Shown here one piece after another: positions 24,968 through 27,058 of a stretch of DNA of 27,058 nucleotides (its first letter is position 1; every line of letters begins with the position of its first letter). This DNA is from Acidimicrobiia bacterium (GTDB taxonomy: Bacteria > Actinomycetota > Acidimicrobiia > Acidimicrobiales > Ilumatobacteraceae). The translations under genes were made by a program, and so were the position numbers. Location of the stretch: NCBI GenBank assembly GCA_009926705.1, contig RFOJ01000001.1, forward strand, positions 1 to 27,058. Reading direction: 5' to 3'. The notes under the pieces were generated by a model. The model did no database searches. It had not been told where the DNA came from and saw nothing but the letters and a program-made list of their open reading frames with translations.

Positions 24968-25045
24968 CTCCTTGGTGAGATCCGCAGAAGGGATCGGCCC
25001 AGGAGCCAGGAACTGAAGGAAAATCTCACTAAAACGGCTAGTATG
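24968..25045 (-). promoter_or_regulatory. Candidate promoter (-10 CATACT) and structured 5' leader of the M23 gene
   Basis: CATACT at 25040-25045; inverted repeat GTGAGAT/ATCTCAC (25023-25029 with 24975-24981) ending next to the RBS AAGGAG (24968-24973). Confidence 0.45.
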
Positions 25046-25101
25046 ACCGCTCTCCGTGGTGGACATATGCCCAGCGTGGGGCGAGGAACACTCAGCGTGA
25101 T

Positions 25102-26181
25102 CTAATCGAGCACTTCGTAACGGCGGGTGGCGATGAGCCAGCCTGCCTGGGTGCGCTCATAGCGATCGTGCAAGACCGCTATTCGTGACCCCAATGACCC
25201 GTTCCGGCGCTGAAATCGCTCGGTGACGGTGATTCGACCAGTGGCGCTGCCTGCGGTCTCGTCAACCCGCAACACCACGATTTCCGGGCTCTGGAGTGTC
25301 CAACGATCCGGGGAGAAGTGCTTGGCGAACAATCCGGTCAATTCTTCAGCACCCTTCCCACTCGAACCGTCGGGCAACTGCAGCTGCGCGTTTGTCGTCC
25401 ACTGCGCCAGCCAGGTGACTTGGTCACCGCGCAACTGGGCGTCGGCAACTGCGGCAATCACATGGCGCAACGCTGCGTCGGTGATGGCGGTTGGTGCGTC
25501 GCCGGCGGGAACCGCAGTTGATGCCGTGGAAGCACCAGTAGCCGCACGCACGGCGGGTTTTACCGACCGTCGACCATCGCGAATGTCGTCGGGCGACAAG
25601 CCTGTTTCGAATGCTGCCGACGCACGCAGGGTGCGCATCAATTCTTTGCGCTTCACCACGCCTTCGTGCGCCGCGAACTGCACGGCAAGACCATCAATCA
25701 GCGCCGTGAGTCGCATGGCCGAGATGCGCGGCTGTTCGCAGTGGAACTCACCCGTTTCGTTCCCGCGGCGCAACACTCGTTCGAGAAAGCCAATCGACTG
25801 CTCGTCGAGCTGCTGACTGATGCTCTTCATAAGGGGATTGCGCAATGCCTCGCCCCATGCGTCGATCCAGAGCATCCACTCGACGTCGTCGCTACCCTCC
25901 GGCACGTAGCTCTCGATGAGGCGCCACAGTTGTGCGGTTGCTGACTGGCCGAGCTCGATGTCGCGTTCCATCTCGGCGAGATCTTTTCTCGCGTAGTACT
26001 CGAACGCGGCCGCCAGCAACGCTTCTTTGCTGTCGAAGTGGTAGTGGATGAGGCTGTTGGACACCCCAAGACGTTTGGCGACATCCGCCACACGCGTGCC
26101 GGCGAAACCGCGTTCGATGACCACTTCGCAAGTGGCTTCAAGGATCTCAACCCGCCGGGCCTCAACCGCGTACTTTTTCAC
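25102..26181 (-). CDS. TetR/AcrR (BetI-like) regulator fused to a C-terminal SnoaL/NTF2-like domain
   Basis: HTH RRVEILEAT...GFAGTRVADVAKRLGVSNSLIHYHFDSKEALL; BetI-like ligand domain (WMLWIDAWGEALRNP, LTALIDGLAVQ); Ala/Thr linker; NTF2-like end (ATGRITVTE...LHDRYERTQAGWLIATRRY). Start GTG 26181; 359 aa. Confidence 0.88.
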   Translation of the reverse strand: MKKYAVEARRVEILEATCEVVIERGFAGTRVADVAKRLGVSNSLIHYHFDSKEALLAAAFEYYARKDLAEMERDIELGQSATAQLWRLIESYVPEGSDDVEWMLWIDAWGEALRNPLMKSISQQLDEQSIGFLERVLRRGNETGEFHCEQPRISAMRLTALIDGLAVQFAAHEGVVKRKELMRTLRASAAFETGLSPDDIRDGRRSVKPAVRAATGASTASTAVPAGDAPTAITDAALRHVIAAVADAQLRGDQVTWLAQWTTNAQLQLPDGSSGKGAEELTGLFAKHFSPDRWTLQSPEIVVLRVDETAGSATGRITVTERFQRRNGSLGSRIAVLHDRYERTQAGWLIATRRYEVLD

Positions 26182-26187
26182 GACGAG

Positions 26188-26213
26188 ACAATAGTTCTGC
26201 CGCTGCCTAGCGT
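26188..26213. promoter_or_regulatory. Divergent -10 pair: TATTGT (minus, 26188-26193) and TAGCGT (plus, 26208-26213)
   Basis: Each lies exactly 6 nt from a GTG start (26181 and 26220). Confidence 0.6.
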
Positions 26214-26219
26214 GATGCC

Positions 26220-27058
26220 GTGAACGTGACGACGACCGACTCGGCACACGTCGACGGCGGACGACGCTCGGCTCGCAGGCTCTCACTTCGGCGGTACCGC
26301 GTCATCGTCTGGGTCGCTTTCGTCTCGCTCTACGTCATCATCGTGACGGGCTCGTTGGTGCGCCTCACCGGCTCCGGGCTCGGCTGCATCGACTGGCCTG
26401 CCTGCAATGAGGAGCAGTTCGTCGACGTCTCGACGCCCCATGCCGCCATCGAGCAATTGAACCGCCTCTTCACGGGAGTGGTCGCCGCAAGTGTCATCGC
26501 TGCCGTGTTGGCTGCGCTCTTCGTGCGGCCTCGTCAACCTCGGCTCGTGCGGCTGGCGCTCTGGCTCGTGGCTGGTGTACTGGCGCAAGTGGTGCTCGGC
26601 GGCATCGTCGTGCTGACTGGCCTGCACCCGCTCAGCAACATGGGACACTTCTTACTTTCCGTCGCACTCATGGTCGGTGCATACCTACTCGTCGATGCGG
26701 TGTCGTCCGAAGGCCAACGCGAAGCGCGCGAGCTGGCTGCCGAGGCTGGGGCCCGCAGCTCGGGCAGACAGCGAACCACCGATCTCACGTGGTGGCAACT
26801 GCGCGGTGGCCCCGTTGTCGTGCTCACCCTCGCTGCCATCATCACCGGCACTGTGGTGACGGGCACTGGTCCTCATGCGGGCGACGAGACCGCGCCGCGA
26901 TTCGACTTCATGATCACCTCGGTCGTTCGCGTACACGGAGTGGCCGTCTGGCTCGTGGTCATGGCGTCGTTGTGGCTTGGTTTCAGACTGTGGCGCAAAG
27001 GCGCCGACCAGCGCGTGCAGCGAGGGTTCGAATGGTTCCTCTTTGCCGCCATCGCACA
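26220..27058 (+). CDS. ctaA: Heme A synthase (COX15/CtaA), 3' end truncated by the window edge
   Basis: Absent from the ORF track (no stop inside the window). Manual translation from GTG 26220: VTGSLVRLTGSGLGCIDWPAC, AAIEQLNRLFTG, QVVLGGIVVLTGLHP...GHFLLS, TGTGPHAGD, RVHG. Confidence 0.9.
   Translation, partial: MNVTTTDSAHVDGGRRSARRLSLRRYRVIVWVAFVSLYVIIVTGSLVRLTGSGLGCIDWPACNEEQFVDVSTPHAAIEQLNRLFTGVVAASVIAAVLAALFVRPRQPRLVRLALWLVAGVLAQVVLGGIVVLTGLHPLSNMGHFLLSVALMVGAYLLVDAVSSEGQREARELAAEAGARSSGRQRTTDLTWWQLRGGPVVVLTLAAIITGTVVTGTGPHAGDETAPRFDFMITSVVRVHGVAVWLVVMASLWLGFRLWRKGADQRVQRGFEWFLFAAIA

Noticed and set aside
25072-25099. Direct repeat CAGCGTG at 25072-25078 and 25093-25099 (21-bp period) as an activator site
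   Set aside because: Two GC-rich 7-mers can arise by chance, and I recognise no regulator motif; needs conservation data.
24960-25101. c-di-AMP (ydaO) riboswitch upstream of the M23 gene
   Set aside because: The conserved ydaO motifs are not visible and the leader seems too short.
1-27058. Mobile elements, prophage, defence systems, tRNA/rRNA
   Set aside because: No transposase, integrase, phage or defence motifs and no tRNA- or rRNA-like sequence seen; nearly all of the window is explained by the listed CDSs.

Overview
A compact, GC-rich bacterial window with very short intergenic gaps, most likely from Actinomycetota (Acidimicrobiia/Ilumatobacter-like; inferred from gene content and leaderless starts, not proven). 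The left 12.5 kb is a nucleobase/ureide catabolic island. On the minus strand lie an M20 N-carbamoyl-amino-acid hydrolase, a nitrilase-fold N-carbamoyl-D-amino-acid hydrolase, a fused [2Fe-2S]+Mo protein of the selenium-dependent xanthine dehydrogenase type, a shortened SsnA-like amidohydrolase, a Mer-like (probably F420-dependent) LLM oxidoreductase and a three-subunit PucC/PucE/PucD-type Mo hydroxylase cut by the left edge. A class III aminotransferase and a TauE/SafE permease run divergently. The best candidate for an undescribed system is this island: it resembles the Se-Xdh/YgfK/SsnA uric-acid (2,8-dioxopurine) route of gut anaerobes, but with an LLM reductase and no ygfK in view, and two carbamoylases plus a transaminase in place of YgeW/YgeY/DpaL. 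The right part holds accessory and housekeeping genes: an MBL hydrolase, a Gfo/Idh/MocA oxidoreductase, an FAD amine oxidase, a carboxylesterase, an LbH acyltransferase, a heterodimeric ABC exporter (second half frameshifted), a lipoprotein, a histidine phosphatase, a triple PG-binding M23 peptidase with a structured leader, a TetR-SnoaL fusion and a partial ctaA. Most operon-leading genes have a TANNNT hexamer 6-7 nt before the start codon (leaderless mRNAs). No rRNA, tRNA, CRISPR array or mobile element was recognised. All assignments are by eye; no searches were run.
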